From: Candidatus Latescibacterota bacterium
GTDB taxonomy: Bacteria > Latescibacterota > UBA2968 > UBA8231
Direction of reading: 5' to 3'
Length of the DNA stretch: 64,000 nucleotides
NCBI GenBank assembly: GCA_965248265.1
Contig: CBDFJF010000002.1
Coordinates: 1,696,001-1,760,000 of the forward strand
Numbering within the stretch: the first letter of the stretch is position 1; each line of letters starts with the position of its first letter. The notes under the pieces are model-generated. The model was not told the origin of the DNA and ran no database searches. It worked only from the letters and a program-made list of their open reading frames with translations. The translations under genes were made by a program, and so were the position numbers. Of this stretch, positions 19,475 through 28,453 are shown piece by piece.

Positions 19475-20599
19475 TCAAACCGGCTTTCCCGCCCGAATTG
19501 TCTGGACCGGCTCCCAACATCCTCCGGGCCTCTGCTCGCCATCGACGTCCACGAGGGGCTCGGCTTCGCTGTTCCAACGCAACACCACAACGTCGGCGCA
19601 GGCGCCCACAGCCAGGGTGCCGACTTCCCCGCCCAGACCGAGAAACTGGGCCGATCGGGCAGTGGCACGTTCGAAGGCGTCCGTTTCCTCCATGCCGGCG
19701 GCGATGAGCTTCGACATCGTCCTCGGGAGATCATGCTGTGGATTGCTGCCGACATGTTTGTTGTACTGATCAGTGGAGACGGTGTCCGGTAAAAACCCCT
19801 CGGCGAACATGGCCTCGGCAACCGGGAAGCTGAATGACCGCATGCCATGGCCGGCATCGAAGAGGATGCCGCGCTCCCGTGCCTGCCAGACCGAGTCCAC
19901 GACGCGGCCGTCGGCAACCAGATTCTCGGTGAAGGAATTGAGGCAATAGGTGACCACGTCGCCGGTCCGCAGCAACTCCAGCTGCTGTGCCAAAGGCCAA
20001 TCCTCGTCCCACCGGGCCCCGTACAGGATCGGCCGGCCGCAGGCTTCGGCGGCCGCCAACCCCCGCCTCATGATTTCGCGGGGGTCGAGATCGCCGACTG
20101 CGGCCACAGCGGTGTTGAAGGCGATGCCCCAGACGGCGTCCCCGCCTTCTGAGACCGTTCTCGCGCAAGCGTCAACGTCGGCATCGTCAAGGGTCACGAA
20201 GCAGCCTTCCTCCTGGGATTCTCCGTACTTGCTCAACCCGAGAGCCATCAGAACCCGGGTGCGGCGGCCTTCGACTACATCACGCCGGTAGTCACTCCAG
20301 TTCAGCGCGCCCGCATCTCCCTGTGACATGACGGTGGTGACGCCGCGTGGCAGGAATTCGACATCCGGATCTACACCATAGCGAGAGCCCTCGAGTGCCG
20401 GGTGCGCGTGCAGGTCAACGAGGCCCGGCAGCAGTAAATCATCGGGGAAGTCCAGGGTCTCTCGAGCCGAGCCGGAGACATCGGCCCCTGCCGCGATGAT
20501 ACGATCGCCGCATATGCCGACGGCTCCCGGGCCGTCGAACTTGGAGGCCGCACAAAACATGCGGCCGGCGCGGATCAGTAAATCGAAATCAGCAGACAT
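19475..20599 (-). CDS. Amidohydrolase (dihydroorotase/deacetylase-like) metallohydrolase
   Basis: PGLVDLHAH, GVTT..SQGDAG, FDAGHG..SFSF, TVSTD; RBS GAAGGAG before the ATG at 20599. Confidence 0.88.
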   Translation of the reverse strand: MSADFDLLIRAGRMFCAASKFDGPGAVGICGDRIIAAGADVSGSARETLDFPDDLLLPGLVDLHAHPALEGSRYGVDPDVEFLPRGVTTVMSQGDAGALNWSDYRRDVVEGRRTRVLMALGLSKYGESQEEGCFVTLDDADVDACARTVSEGGDAVWGIAFNTAVAAVGDLDPREIMRRGLAAAEACGRPILYGARWDEDWPLAQQLELLRTGDVVTYCLNSFTENLVADGRVVDSVWQARERGILFDAGHGMRSFSFPVAEAMFAEGFLPDTVSTDQYNKHVGSNPQHDLPRTMSKLIAAGMEETDAFERATARSAQFLGLGGEVGTLAVGACADVVVLRWNSEAEPLVDVDGEQRPGGCWEPVQTIRAGKPV

Positions 20600-20917
20600 G
20601 GTTCTCCTTCTGATTGTCTGAATGTCGCCGCATCCAACCAGGCCGATGCGCACTCGATTGTTTATATATAAACACCTTAGCGACAGCAGGCCCGAGGTTG
20701 CCGTGCGGGCAGCTACGGCTAATTTCAGCTGACGGGTCGCCAATCAGGCGGTCAATCAATGAAGCCACCGTCGGCCAATCATGATAACGAATAACACACG
20801 AACCGCTCAAGCGGACGACATGCTCGAGGTGTGTGACCTGGGGGGAGGGAGATCCAGCGTGAGGTCGAGGTCACTATAGGTAGTTGTCGAAAACGGCATG
20901 ACGGAAGGACGGGCTGT

Positions 20918-21718
20918 ATGAGATTGAAAAACGCGCTGTACGGGATAATGGAGAAATCAGAAGATCGCATCAGCAAAATCGCCGATGTGTTTCTGGTCTC
21001 TCTGATCGTGCTGAACGTAGCGGCTGTGATCCTGGAAACGGTTGCGTGGGTGCACGATCGCTACGCCGCAGAGCTCCACGTGTTCGACGTGTTCTCGGTT
21101 ACCATATTCACCGTGGAGTACCTTCTGCGGCTGTGGATCTGTACGCTAAACCCGAAATACAGTCATCCTCTGAAAGGTCGGTTGGCCTACGCAAGATCCG
21201 GCATGGCATTGATCGATCTGGTCGCCATCTTGCCATTCTATCTACCCTTCGTGGTCACGTTTGACCTGCGGGTCATGCGTCTGATCAGACTCATCAGGTT
21301 GCTTCGACTCCTGAAGGTGTTCCGATACTCCGAATCCATCAAGATTTTTGCCGATGTGTATCGCTTGAAGCGACAGGAACTGTCGATGGTATTCCTCGCC
21401 ATCATCTTCCTGTTGACCATCTCGTCCGCGGTGGTCTACCACCTGGAGCATGAGGCACAACCGGATGACTTCTCCAGCATTCCGGCTGCCATGTGGTGGG
21501 GCGTGGCGACGCTGACAACGGTAGGCTACGGAGATGTAACACCCATAACCGGTTTGGGGAGATTTTTCGGCGCCATCATCGCCCTGCTCGGGGTCGGCCT
21601 GTTTGCGTTGCCGGCCGGCATTCTGGGCTCGGGTTTCATTACCGCCATGCGTCGCAAAGACGGCGGATCTTTCAAGTGCCCTCACTGCCACAAGGACATC
21701 GCACGCGGAGGTGGGTGA
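20918..21718 (+). CDS. Voltage-gated potassium channel (6TM)
   Basis: S4 segment RVMRLIRLIRLLRLLKVFRY, selectivity filter TTVGYGD, C-terminal CPHC. Confidence 0.93.
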   Translation: MRLKNALYGIMEKSEDRISKIADVFLVSLIVLNVAAVILETVAWVHDRYAAELHVFDVFSVTIFTVEYLLRLWICTLNPKYSHPLKGRLAYARSGMALIDLVAILPFYLPFVVTFDLRVMRLIRLIRLLRLLKVFRYSESIKIFADVYRLKRQELSMVFLAIIFLLTISSAVVYHLEHEAQPDDFSSIPAAMWWGVATLTTVGYGDVTPITGLGRFFGAIIALLGVGLFALPAGILGSGFITAMRRKDGGSFKCPHCHKDIARGGG

Positions 21719-21728
21719 CGATTACCAA

Positions 21729-21758
21729 TTACAGTAAATCACTTTACAGTAAATCACT
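21729..21758. repeat. Perfect 15-bp tandem duplication TTACAGTAAATCACT x2
   Basis: Read directly at 21729-21743 and 21744-21758, between convergent genes. Confidence 0.9.
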
Positions 21759-23028
21759 GCGCTGTGCTGAGGTCCACGGCGACGATTTCGGCCTCGTCAC
21801 GAACGTAGAGTACGCCGTCTGCAAGGGAGGGCACGGTCCAACAGCGACCCTTCATCAGTGGCACATTGGCTTTCTCGACGAAACCAGTTGGGGTGGCCTC
21901 GACCAGTCCGAGGTTGCCCTGCTCACCGAGCACGATGAGGTGCCCCGCGGCTGCGATCAGCGTGCCTTTGGCATAACCGCGAGACTTCCATCTCTCTTCG
22001 CCATTGCCGGCATCGATGCACTTGAGGATGGAGTTGTCGAAGCCGTAGAGATGGCCGTCGACATGGATTGAGGTGCCGAAGTGGTTCTTCAGCTTCGAGT
22101 TCTTCCAGACTTCATCGACACCGTTGGCACTGACTCGCACGACGGCGCCCTTGTCTCCGGATGAGACAAAGATGCGGTCAGGCGGCATGAATACGGGAGT
22201 TGCAGCACTGACGTCCCAACGGGTTTTCCATGGGAAGCGCCATCGCTCGTTGCCATCGTCGGCGGCGAGTCCAACCAGGGCATAGGCGTTGATGAAGGCA
22301 ATCTGGCGCTCTCCATCCACCGCATAGGCGATGGGCGAGGAGTAGCTCATCTTGTCGTCGAGGGCCGTCCACAGGGTGCGCCCTGTAGTCTTGTCCAGGG
22401 CCACAGCTGTCGCATTCGCTGTGCGGTCGATGACCATGTCGACGAGCATGTTGCCGTCCACTCCGCCAACCTCGACCAGGAGAAGCTGCCCCTCCACCAG
22501 CGGGGAGGTGCTGAAACCCCATTTTGGAACGTCGCTACCGAACTCCTCGGCCAGGTCCTTCTGCCAGTGCTCCTCGCCGGTGGATGCTTGCAGTGCGAAG
22601 AGCCGGCCTTCGGCACCCAGCACGTACACGACATCGCCGTCAACGGTCGGCGTTGACCGCGGACCGTCTCCGCCCTGGGTTTCCTTGTAGTATCCCCCAG
22701 TGCGTAGACGCCACAGTTCCTCACCACTGGCTGCGTCCAGACAGACGGCGAATTCACCACCCGTCGAGTCGGCGAACATGGTGAACAGGCGTCCATCGGC
22801 CACTGACACCGCTGAGAACCCCTTTCCCAATGGCTGACTCCATGAGACCTTCAATCCGGCGTCCGGCCACTGCAGCAGGAGGTCCGTTTCTGCCGAAACA
22901 CCATCGCGGCCCGGGCCCAGCCACTGAGGCCAGTCCAGGGCAGTTCCCGGCATGGCGCTGAGCAAGGCCATCGCACAGAGGAGGCCAGTCAATCGTTTCT
23001 TGGCGAATTCCGTCATCTGTAAATCCAT
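21754..23028 (-). CDS. PQQ-binding-like beta-propeller (BamB-like) secreted protein
   Basis: Signal peptide, DWPQWLGPGRDG, repeated LDAxxGxxxW blades. Confidence 0.88.
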   Translation of the reverse strand: MDLQMTEFAKKRLTGLLCAMALLSAMPGTALDWPQWLGPGRDGVSAETDLLLQWPDAGLKVSWSQPLGKGFSAVSVADGRLFTMFADSTGGEFAVCLDAASGEELWRLRTGGYYKETQGGDGPRSTPTVDGDVVYVLGAEGRLFALQASTGEEHWQKDLAEEFGSDVPKWGFSTSPLVEGQLLLVEVGGVDGNMLVDMVIDRTANATAVALDKTTGRTLWTALDDKMSYSSPIAYAVDGERQIAFINAYALVGLAADDGNERWRFPWKTRWDVSAATPVFMPPDRIFVSSGDKGAVVRVSANGVDEVWKNSKLKNHFGTSIHVDGHLYGFDNSILKCIDAGNGEERWKSRGYAKGTLIAAAGHLIVLGEQGNLGLVEATPTGFVEKANVPLMKGRCWTVPSLADGVLYVRDEAEIVAVDLSTAQ

Positions 23029-23043
23029 TATAGTTCCATGCTT

Positions 23044-23646
23044 TCAAGCGGCTCGTTCGCGCACGAACTCTTCGAGGCAGAAGCGCGGGCAGACACTCTC
23101 TTCGATGTAGTCGATCAGGTGCGTGGCCAGGCCCCGAATCCTCTTTTCCACAGAGGCGTCGAGACAGTTGCCGTCCTCGTCAAACAGATCCTGGACACCA
23201 GCAACGGAAACCGGGCCTGGAAGTACGATGGAGCCAATGTGCGAGCACACACTGCGGAGGTGTTCGAGAGCCTTGATCGCGCCGATCTGTCCGGCGGCGA
23301 CTCCCAGCAGGGCGACGGGTTTACCGGCCAGGCCCGAAGGAAAACCGAGATTCTCGATTACGAGCTTGATGACACTGGAGTAGGAACCGTGATATTCGGG
23401 GGTCGCCAGGACAACGCCGGTGGCATTGCGGATGGTTTCGGCGAATCGTTCAGCTTCCGGTGAGTCTGTTCCACTGCCCGGCATGGGAAGCGCCACGCCG
23501 GTTGGGTCGACGATGTCTACCTGAAACGACTCGTTGGCCGACAACTCGTCCGCGACAAGGGCCAACGCCTTGGCAGTGTAGTTTCCAGGTCTGACGCTGC
23601 CCTGCACAAGGGCAACGCGGATCTCTCCGGGAGTTTGGTCAGGCAC
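23044..23646 (-). CDS. NADPH-dependent FMN reductase
   Basis: GSVRPG, ATPEYHGSYS..IK, LAGKPV. Confidence 0.9.
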   Translation of the reverse strand: MPDQTPGEIRVALVQGSVRPGNYTAKALALVADELSANESFQVDIVDPTGVALPMPGSGTDSPEAERFAETIRNATGVVLATPEYHGSYSSVIKLVIENLGFPSGLAGKPVALLGVAAGQIGAIKALEHLRSVCSHIGSIVLPGPVSVAGVQDLFDEDGNCLDASVEKRIRGLATHLIDYIEESVCPRFCLEEFVRERAA

Positions 23647-23766
23647 GGAAGAACTCCTTTCTCAAGCGGTGGAAAATGGGTTTCGGCGCTCTTTCGCGCC
23701 AAATAGCACCTGTATAACTTCAATAAGCCTATTGAAATCGCAAAATCAGCACTGCCGTCTCATCTT

Positions 23767-24408
23767 ATGGAATACAACGAGAAAATGCTCGCCGCCAAGG
23801 CGAAGCTGCTGGAACGCTTCAAGGCCAGAAAGCCCCGGCAGGTCGATCCCACTCAGGAGCGGTTGCCTCCTGGCCAGCACCTGACAACCGGTTTTCCGGT
23901 TCTCGATCTGGGAGTGCGACCAAAGTTCCATGAACCACGCTGGCGTTTTGAAGTTAAGGGAGAAGTGGAGCGCGAGCTGGCATTGAGTTGGGAGCAGTTC
24001 CGCCAGCTGCCTCGAGTGGAACAGGTGTCGGATTTTCACTGCGTCACCACCTGGTCGAAATTCGACGTGGCTTGGGGTGGGGTGCGGTTCGTCGACGTGG
24101 CGGCGCTGACACAACCGACACACAAGGCGCGGTTCGTCGTCGCCGAGGGGTCCGACTACTACACAACCAACCTGCCTCTGGACGATTGTCTCCGCGAAGA
24201 CGTGATTCTGGCTGACGAACTGTTCGGGGAGCCCCTGTCGCGGGAGCACGGGGGCCCCATGCGTTTGATCGTGCCACATCTCTACGCGTGGAAATCGGCC
24301 AAGTTCCTGCGCCGGCTCAAGTTCTCACCAGTGGACGAGCTCGGGTACTGGGAAGAGCGCGGGTATCACCGCCGGGGCGATCCCTGGAACGAAGAGCGCC
24401 ACGGGTAG
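23767..24408 (+). CDS. Sulfite-oxidase-like molybdopterin oxidoreductase (cytoplasmic, no Tat signal)
   Basis: RLPPGQ, DFHCVTTWS (Mo-Cys), HGGPMRL, YAWKSAK, GYWE.RGYH. Confidence 0.9.
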   Translation: MEYNEKMLAAKAKLLERFKARKPRQVDPTQERLPPGQHLTTGFPVLDLGVRPKFHEPRWRFEVKGEVERELALSWEQFRQLPRVEQVSDFHCVTTWSKFDVAWGGVRFVDVAALTQPTHKARFVVAEGSDYYTTNLPLDDCLREDVILADELFGEPLSREHGGPMRLIVPHLYAWKSAKFLRRLKFSPVDELGYWEERGYHRRGDPWNEERHG

Positions 24409-24434
24409 GCCTGCACATTACCGAGAGGGAGCCG

Positions 24435-25409
24435 ATGTCGACCGGTACCAACCAGGCGTCCATGCCCGTTTGCGATCCTCACTTTCACCTGTGGGATCTG
24501 CCCAACCGCCCGAACAGCAATGTGGGTAAGGACGTTGAGGAGCGCCTCCCGACGTACCTGGGCTCCGATTACCATGCCGAGATGAAGACGTTGCCGGCCG
24601 GACTGCGAGTGGTTTCGCGGGTACACGTAGAGACCATCGTGGGACAGATGGAGGGGCACGTATTTGCGGATGCGGTCGACGAGACGCGGTGGGTGCGCGC
24701 TCAACTGGAGCCGACGGCGGTGGAGTGTCCGTTCGGCCAGGTGGCCTACGTCCATATGGCGAAAGCGCCGGAGCAAACCACACGGGTGCTGCAGGAGCAC
24801 GTCGAGGCTTCCGGTGGCAGGTTATGCGGAGTTCGCATGATTTTGAATCATCATCCGGAAAACCCCGCGCTGACTTGGCCACAGGTGGAAAGTGGTGAGC
24901 TGGTGCGCACCGACAATTTTCGCGCGAGTCTTGCCCTGCTCGACAACCTCGATTTGACCTTTGACCTGTCCTGTCATCCACATCAGGTTCCCGATGCGGC
25001 CGCGGTGCTGGGGGACTTTCCGAAATTGCGCGTCGTCACCAACCACGTAGGATTCCTGCACGATGGTGAGGAGGAGGCGCACGAGCGGCTGTGGCGTGAA
25101 GGCATGACGGCGTTGGCCGAGCTGCCAAACGTCTTCATGAAGCTGTCCATGCTGTGGTTCGGTTGTGAGGGTTATCACCAGGATGAGGCAAAGGCAGCGA
25201 AGATGCGCGATATTGTTCTCGAACTCATCGACCTGTTCGGTGTTGACCGTTGCATGTTCGCCAGCAACTATCCGGTAGACAAGGTCATGGGGATCCCGGT
25301 CGCCAAGTTGTATGAAGATTTTCTGAGTTGGACTGGGGATCGGTCAGACGTGGACCGGGCCGCGCTTTTCCACGACACCGCGGTGAAGGCATACCGCCTG
25401 GACTCATGA
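24435..25409 (+). CDS. Amidohydrolase_2 family (sugar-lactonase-like)
   Basis: CDPHFHLWD, VTNHVG, RCMFASNYPVD. Confidence 0.88.
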   Translation: MSTGTNQASMPVCDPHFHLWDLPNRPNSNVGKDVEERLPTYLGSDYHAEMKTLPAGLRVVSRVHVETIVGQMEGHVFADAVDETRWVRAQLEPTAVECPFGQVAYVHMAKAPEQTTRVLQEHVEASGGRLCGVRMILNHHPENPALTWPQVESGELVRTDNFRASLALLDNLDLTFDLSCHPHQVPDAAAVLGDFPKLRVVTNHVGFLHDGEEEAHERLWREGMTALAELPNVFMKLSMLWFGCEGYHQDEAKAAKMRDIVLELIDLFGVDRCMFASNYPVDKVMGIPVAKLYEDFLSWTGDRSDVDRAALFHDTAVKAYRLDS

Positions 25410-26827
25410 TGAACATGGATCACCAACCAAAAAGCCCACACGAGAAGGCCCTGGCAGTCAATCTCGATCAGCGACGCTATGGGACCTTTGCCGAAATAGG
25501 TGCAGGTCAAGAGGTCGTGCGCTGGTTCTTCCTCGTCGGGGGTGCGTCCGGCACGATCTCGAAGAGCATCTCCGCCTACGACATGACCGTTTCCGATGCG
25601 ATTTACGGTGAATGCGAGCGCTACGTATGTCGCGAGCGGTTGGAGTCGATGCTGCAGTACGAATACGATCTGTGCATCGAGCGGCTGGCCAAAGGCAGGG
25701 GTGACAACACGGGGTTCTTCGCCTTCGCCGACACGGTGTCGGCGCAGAGCTTCTCAGGCAACAAAGAGTGTCACGGCTGGATGGGCGTCCGTTTCCAATC
25801 CCATCCACGCGATGACGTCAGCCAGATCATCATGCACGTGCGCATGTGGGACTCCGAGAACTCGGCGCAGCAGGAAGCCCTCGGTATCGTCGGTGTCAAT
25901 CTCATCTTCGGGGCACTGAACCTGTTCCACGAGCCGGATCAGCTCATCGAATCGCTGCTGGACAGCCTGTCGACGGAGCGCATCGAGATCGACCTGATCG
26001 AGTTCAGTGGCATTGAGTTTCGTCACGTGGACAACCGCCTGATGGCTCTTCGATTGGTACAGCTGGGATTAACGAATGCCGCCATGTTCAGCGGCGAGGG
26101 GCAGGTGCTACAGCCTTCGGAAGTGCTGCGCAAGAAATCCGTCATCGTCGAACGCGGCCGCTTTCGCCCGGTGACCCTCGTCAACCTGGACATGCTGGAG
26201 TCGACGATCGACCAGTTGACGAACCAGGAGGAGATCAACGGCGATGAGATCGTGACCCTACTGGAAGTCACCATGCATAACCTGATGGCCGACGGCGAGA
26301 TCGACTTCCGGGATTTTCTCAGCCGGGCCGATGTGCTGGCGGCCACCGGCCACACGGTGTTGATCTCGAATTACTTCGAATACTTCCGCCTTGTCGGTTA
26401 TCTGACTCGGTACACGAACCGATCGATCGCCATCGTCATGGGGGCGGGTGGACTCGCCGAACTCTTCAACGAGCTTCACTACCAGCATCTGGAGGGGGGA
26501 ATGTTGGAAGCCTTCGGACGTCTGTTCAAGAGCGACGTCAAGGTGTTCGTTTACCCGATGCGGGTGCCGGAGAGTGGTGAGCTGATCACGGTGAGCAATT
26601 TCAAACCGCCGGCAGCATTGGCGGCACTCTTCGAGTACCTGGTGTCGAGCGGGGTTATCATGCAACTGGAGAAGTATCGCGACGATATCCTGCACATCTA
26701 TTCACACGACGTGCTGGACTTGATCAAGAAGGGTGACGATCAGTGGCAGGGGATGGTGCCGCCAAAGGTGGCGGCAGCCATTCAAGATCAGGGTCTGTTC
26801 GGCCACGGACACACCGGCAGGCGCTGA
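25406..26827 (+). CDS. Conserved uncharacterised protein with CinA/PncC-like N-half and nucleotidyltransferase-like C-half
   Basis: YGTFAEIGAGQEV..WFF..GGASGT.SKS.SAYDM, ERGRFRPVT. Recalled as a family often mislabelled TonB-dependent receptor or nicotinate-nucleotide adenylyltransferase; no beta-barrel features are present. Confidence 0.65.
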   Translation: MMNMDHQPKSPHEKALAVNLDQRRYGTFAEIGAGQEVVRWFFLVGGASGTISKSISAYDMTVSDAIYGECERYVCRERLESMLQYEYDLCIERLAKGRGDNTGFFAFADTVSAQSFSGNKECHGWMGVRFQSHPRDDVSQIIMHVRMWDSENSAQQEALGIVGVNLIFGALNLFHEPDQLIESLLDSLSTERIEIDLIEFSGIEFRHVDNRLMALRLVQLGLTNAAMFSGEGQVLQPSEVLRKKSVIVERGRFRPVTLVNLDMLESTIDQLTNQEEINGDEIVTLLEVTMHNLMADGEIDFRDFLSRADVLAATGHTVLISNYFEYFRLVGYLTRYTNRSIAIVMGAGGLAELFNELHYQHLEGGMLEAFGRLFKSDVKVFVYPMRVPESGELITVSNFKPPAALAALFEYLVSSGVIMQLEKYRDDILHIYSHDVLDLIKKGDDQWQGMVPPKVAAAIQDQGLFGHGHTGRR

Positions 26828-26838
26828 GTGCCATGAGA

Positions 26839-27714
26839 TTATTCGAGGCCGTACAGCTGTACGGCGTTGTCGTGCAGCAGCCGGCGCTGGTCGGTGTCGC
26901 TGCGGGATGAGATAATCGCTCTCAACGCCCCAAACCATGCGGCCAGAGGCGCCCCGAGTGTGCATACCGGCCAATCGGAAGCGGCGATGACGCGCTCCGG
27001 GTCGAACACGTCCAGACAGTGATTGACCGTAGGCGCCAGGTCATCCGCTGACCAGGGATCGGAAACCCTGGCAACGATGCCGCTGATCTTGCAGACGACA
27101 TGCGGCCGCTGTCCCAAGGCTTCCATGTCCTGCATCCATTGTTCCCGGCCATGAGAGTCGCCATCGATCCCGGCGACGATGGCAGGATCGGCATTGCCGC
27201 AGTGGTCAACGATGAAGCGAGTGCCGGGGCAGCGATCGGTAAGCTCGACCCCGTCAGCCAGCTCGTCGGGGCGCATGCAGATGTCGAAGCTCAAGCTGAG
27301 CTCACCCAACAGCTGCACATCCCGGACGAAAGCGTCGTCGAGGCAGGCGCCCTTCTCCGTTTCCGGCGGATGGAGAACGCGACGCACTCCCTTTATGCGG
27401 TCATTGTCTGCAAAACCTCGCACGTACTCCTCGAAGCCCTCACTGCCGGGGTCGCCGGAGACGACGGCGCCCTCCATCGGATTGTCGACGCGGTCGCACA
27501 TGTCAATGACGAACTCGACTTCGCGGCTCCGGTCACGGGGCGCCACGTCCACTTCCATGTACACGGTTTTTGCCACTTCCAATCCGTCGACGGCTGCCAG
27601 ATAGTCGTCCATGGTATGGTTCTTGTTGAGTGGGCTGGCACCCTCTAACCAGGGCAACTCGAATTGCTCAATGTCCCACTGGTGCTGATGGGTGTCGATG
27701 ATGGGTATGGCCAC
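26839..27714 (-). CDS. Amidohydrolase_2 family (L-fucono/rhamnono-lactonase-like)
   Basis: IIDTHQHQWD, IVDHCG, CKISG, ASDWPVC. Confidence 0.9.
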   Translation of the reverse strand: MAIPIIDTHQHQWDIEQFELPWLEGASPLNKNHTMDDYLAAVDGLEVAKTVYMEVDVAPRDRSREVEFVIDMCDRVDNPMEGAVVSGDPGSEGFEEYVRGFADNDRIKGVRRVLHPPETEKGACLDDAFVRDVQLLGELSLSFDICMRPDELADGVELTDRCPGTRFIVDHCGNADPAIVAGIDGDSHGREQWMQDMEALGQRPHVVCKISGIVARVSDPWSADDLAPTVNHCLDVFDPERVIAASDWPVCTLGAPLAAWFGALRAIISSRSDTDQRRLLHDNAVQLYGLE

Positions 27715-27953
27715 GCTCAGCGCTCCGGATTACCTGGGTTTTTGAGGGGGTTTTTCCTATCGAAGGCGAGCTAATATGCGGGCGCCGTGCCGGTTCCGCC
27801 AATCCCAGCCGTCCATTGGGCAGCCGGTAGTGAATTGTTTACCATATTTCTACTGGTTGTTTTTAGTGCTCCAATGAGAAAAAGGGCACGGAGAGTAGAC
27901 GCTTCAGCTCGTTGTGGCACACAGTGATGTGGTGAAAAATCAGGTGAGTCCGG

Positions 27954-28433
27954 ATGTGCAGTCGCGATCAACGGGTGCTGGTGTTGTCGTTGACCTTGGC
28001 GCTGTGGGGTGTCTGCAGCTTGGTTGCATGCACCAAGTCAGACTGGTGGGATGATGGGCCGTTGCTGGTGCAGGTAAAGGGCGACGACTACGAATGGCAC
28101 ATCACCTATGCGGGTCCAGACCGGAAACTGAACACCAGCGACGACATCGTAGACATGAAAGATGTTCACGTGCCGGTGGCGACGCCTGTCCGGATCCAGT
28201 TGAGGAGTGAAGACTACGTGTACCTGCTGGCATTGCCTGAGCTCGAGCTGAAGCAGATTGCCGTACCCGACATGGAATTCAGCATCGATTTTCAGTTCGA
28301 TGCGGCCGGAGCCTACGAGCTGGAGGGTAACCAGCTGTGTGGCTTCCGCCATGAGACGCTGATGGGCAAGGTGTTCGTTCAGTCCAGTGATCAGTTCCGC
28401 GCATGGCTGCAGGAGCGGCGCAAGCCTGACTGA
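27954..28433 (+). CDS. Cytochrome c oxidase subunit II-like cupredoxin-domain lipoprotein with degenerate CuA site
   Basis: Lipobox LVAC, V.V.G..Y.W...Y, VHVPV..PV...L.SED, and GNQLCGFRHETL in place of CxExCGxxHxxM. Confidence 0.7.
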   Translation: MCSRDQRVLVLSLTLALWGVCSLVACTKSDWWDDGPLLVQVKGDDYEWHITYAGPDRKLNTSDDIVDMKDVHVPVATPVRIQLRSEDYVYLLALPELELKQIAVPDMEFSIDFQFDAAGAYELEGNQLCGFRHETLMGKVFVQSSDQFRAWLQERRKPD

Positions 28434-28453
28434 CAGAGATAAACCAACGGAGG

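Noticed and set aside
25406-26827. Call as TonB-dependent receptor
   Set aside because: No signal peptide, plug or beta-barrel pattern; it reads as a soluble alpha/beta protein.
27914-27930. TGGCACACAGTGATG resembling the sigma54 promoter at 50785
   Set aside because: The -24 half matches, but the required GC at -12 is missing.
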